Assembly (NCBI GenBank): GCA_964509335.1
Contig: CAZDXB010000007.1
Location: 44,882 to 108,881, forward strand
Origin: an uncultured Hyphomicrobiales bacterium
GTDB taxonomy: Bacteria; Bacteroidota; Ignavibacteria; Kapaibacteriales; UBA2268
Reading direction: 5' to 3'
Length of the DNA stretch: 64,000 nucleotides
Part shown: positions 63,516 through 64,000 of the stretch, one piece after another
How positions within the stretch are numbered: the stretch's first letter is position 1
How the letters are laid out: the number at the start of each line of letters is the position of its first letter
Position numbers and translations under genes: made by a program
The notes under the pieces: generated by a model
What the model was told of the DNA's origin: nothing
The model's database searches: none
What the model saw: only the letters and a program-made list of their open reading frames with translations

Positions 63516-64000
63516 ATGACGCTTAACAAAATAGTGATAAAAGAGGCGGAAGCGCTACTAAGTCAAATCGATTCGGTAGCGAATTTTATTCCTCTGTCTG
63601 CGATAGCCGAGAAAGACTCGATTGACAAAGCCTATAAGCAATTCTTCAACGCCGAGGTTGAATGGCGAATATTCGAAGAAAAGCTCTTTCGCAAATTGAA
63701 CAGAGGCTCCTTCATCGAAAAATTTATTGAAAAAGCCGAGCCGGAAATCGAGAAAATCTATCGCGAGAACGCGGGATTCGCTAAGGACGAATTGCGTCGT
63801 TTAGCCGAAACGGCGGTTAAAATGCGAATGAATTACTTGATTAGACCGCGTTTTACTTTGAACTGGTTTGTCTTCCGCGGCGAGAATTTTAAAAGATACG
63901 GCGAAATTGAGAAAAGACTCTACTATTTTAGCGACTATCCTTATTTAATCGAGGCGGTCAAAAATTTCGTCCGCGAAAACAATTTGAACTTAAAGCAGGA
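63516..64000 (+). CDS. Hypothetical protein, 5' part (ORF continues past the window end)
   Basis: ATG 63516. Open frame to the window end (MTLNKIVIKEAEALLSQIDSVANFIPLS...). No recognisable motif. Confidence 0.35.
   Translation, partial: MTLNKIVIKEAEALLSQIDSVANFIPLSAIAEKDSIDKAYKQFFNAEVEWRIFEEKLFRKLNRGSFIEKFIEKAEPEIEKIYRENAGFAKDELRRLAETAVKMRMNYLIRPRFTLNWFVFRGENFKRYGEIEKRLYYFSDYPYLIEAVKNFVRENNLNLKQ

Overview
The window is 64 kb of gene-dense bacterial chromosome, compact and with about 45 % GC. Many proteins carry type IX secretion (T9SS) C-terminal sorting domains and a porU-porV pair is present, so the source is an FCB-group bacterium (Bacteroidota/Ignavibacteriota-like); the exact lineage is unknown. 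All calls below are by eye from the sequence and the ORF track, with no searches run.

Gene content in order:
- Two tandem HdrA/QmoAB-like flavoproteins sit at the 5' edge; the second runs off the window start.
- Housekeeping genes: mltG, OsmC, an aminotransferase, NupC, RNase H, lysS, an MscS channel, an S2P/M50 protease, a glutamine-synthetase-family protein, an RqcH/NFACT protein, lipB and lpd, plus tRNA-Gly(GCC).
- Two orphan sensor histidine kinases, one with a periplasmic beta-propeller and one with TPR repeats.
- Toxin-antitoxin: a YoeB pair, and a Phd/YefM antitoxin followed by a decayed RelE/ParE toxin.
- An EcoRV-like type II restriction-modification pair.
- A tandem pair of UmuD-like S24 peptidase paralogs, one with the GDSM nucleophile and one with GDAM plus a canonical Ala-Gly cleavage site.
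- An N-truncated IS200/RAYT-like Y1 transposase.
- A T9SS block: porU and porV with cargo proteins, namely a thermolysin-like zinc metalloprotease, BNR/Asp-box beta-propeller proteins, a 1873-aa Asp-rich giant protein, and small CTD-only proteins.

Two things stand out.
- Intergenic DNA is filled with at least five families of small palindromic REP/MITE-like repeats, mostly placed just downstream of stop codons.
- The most unusual locus is a pair of tandem cassettes at 34.2-38.2 kb and 38.3-42.0 kb. Each begins with a conserved non-coding leader (~100-bp block plus ~310-bp block, ~95 % identical) holding a Shine-Dalgarno-preceded 16-codon uORF and two perfectly conserved GC-rich stem-loops. 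It is followed by a divergent cysteine-rich secreted protein and then T9SS-exported beta-propeller proteins. The leader is far better conserved than the proteins it precedes. Copy 2 also carries two adjacent perfect 18-22-bp palindromes.
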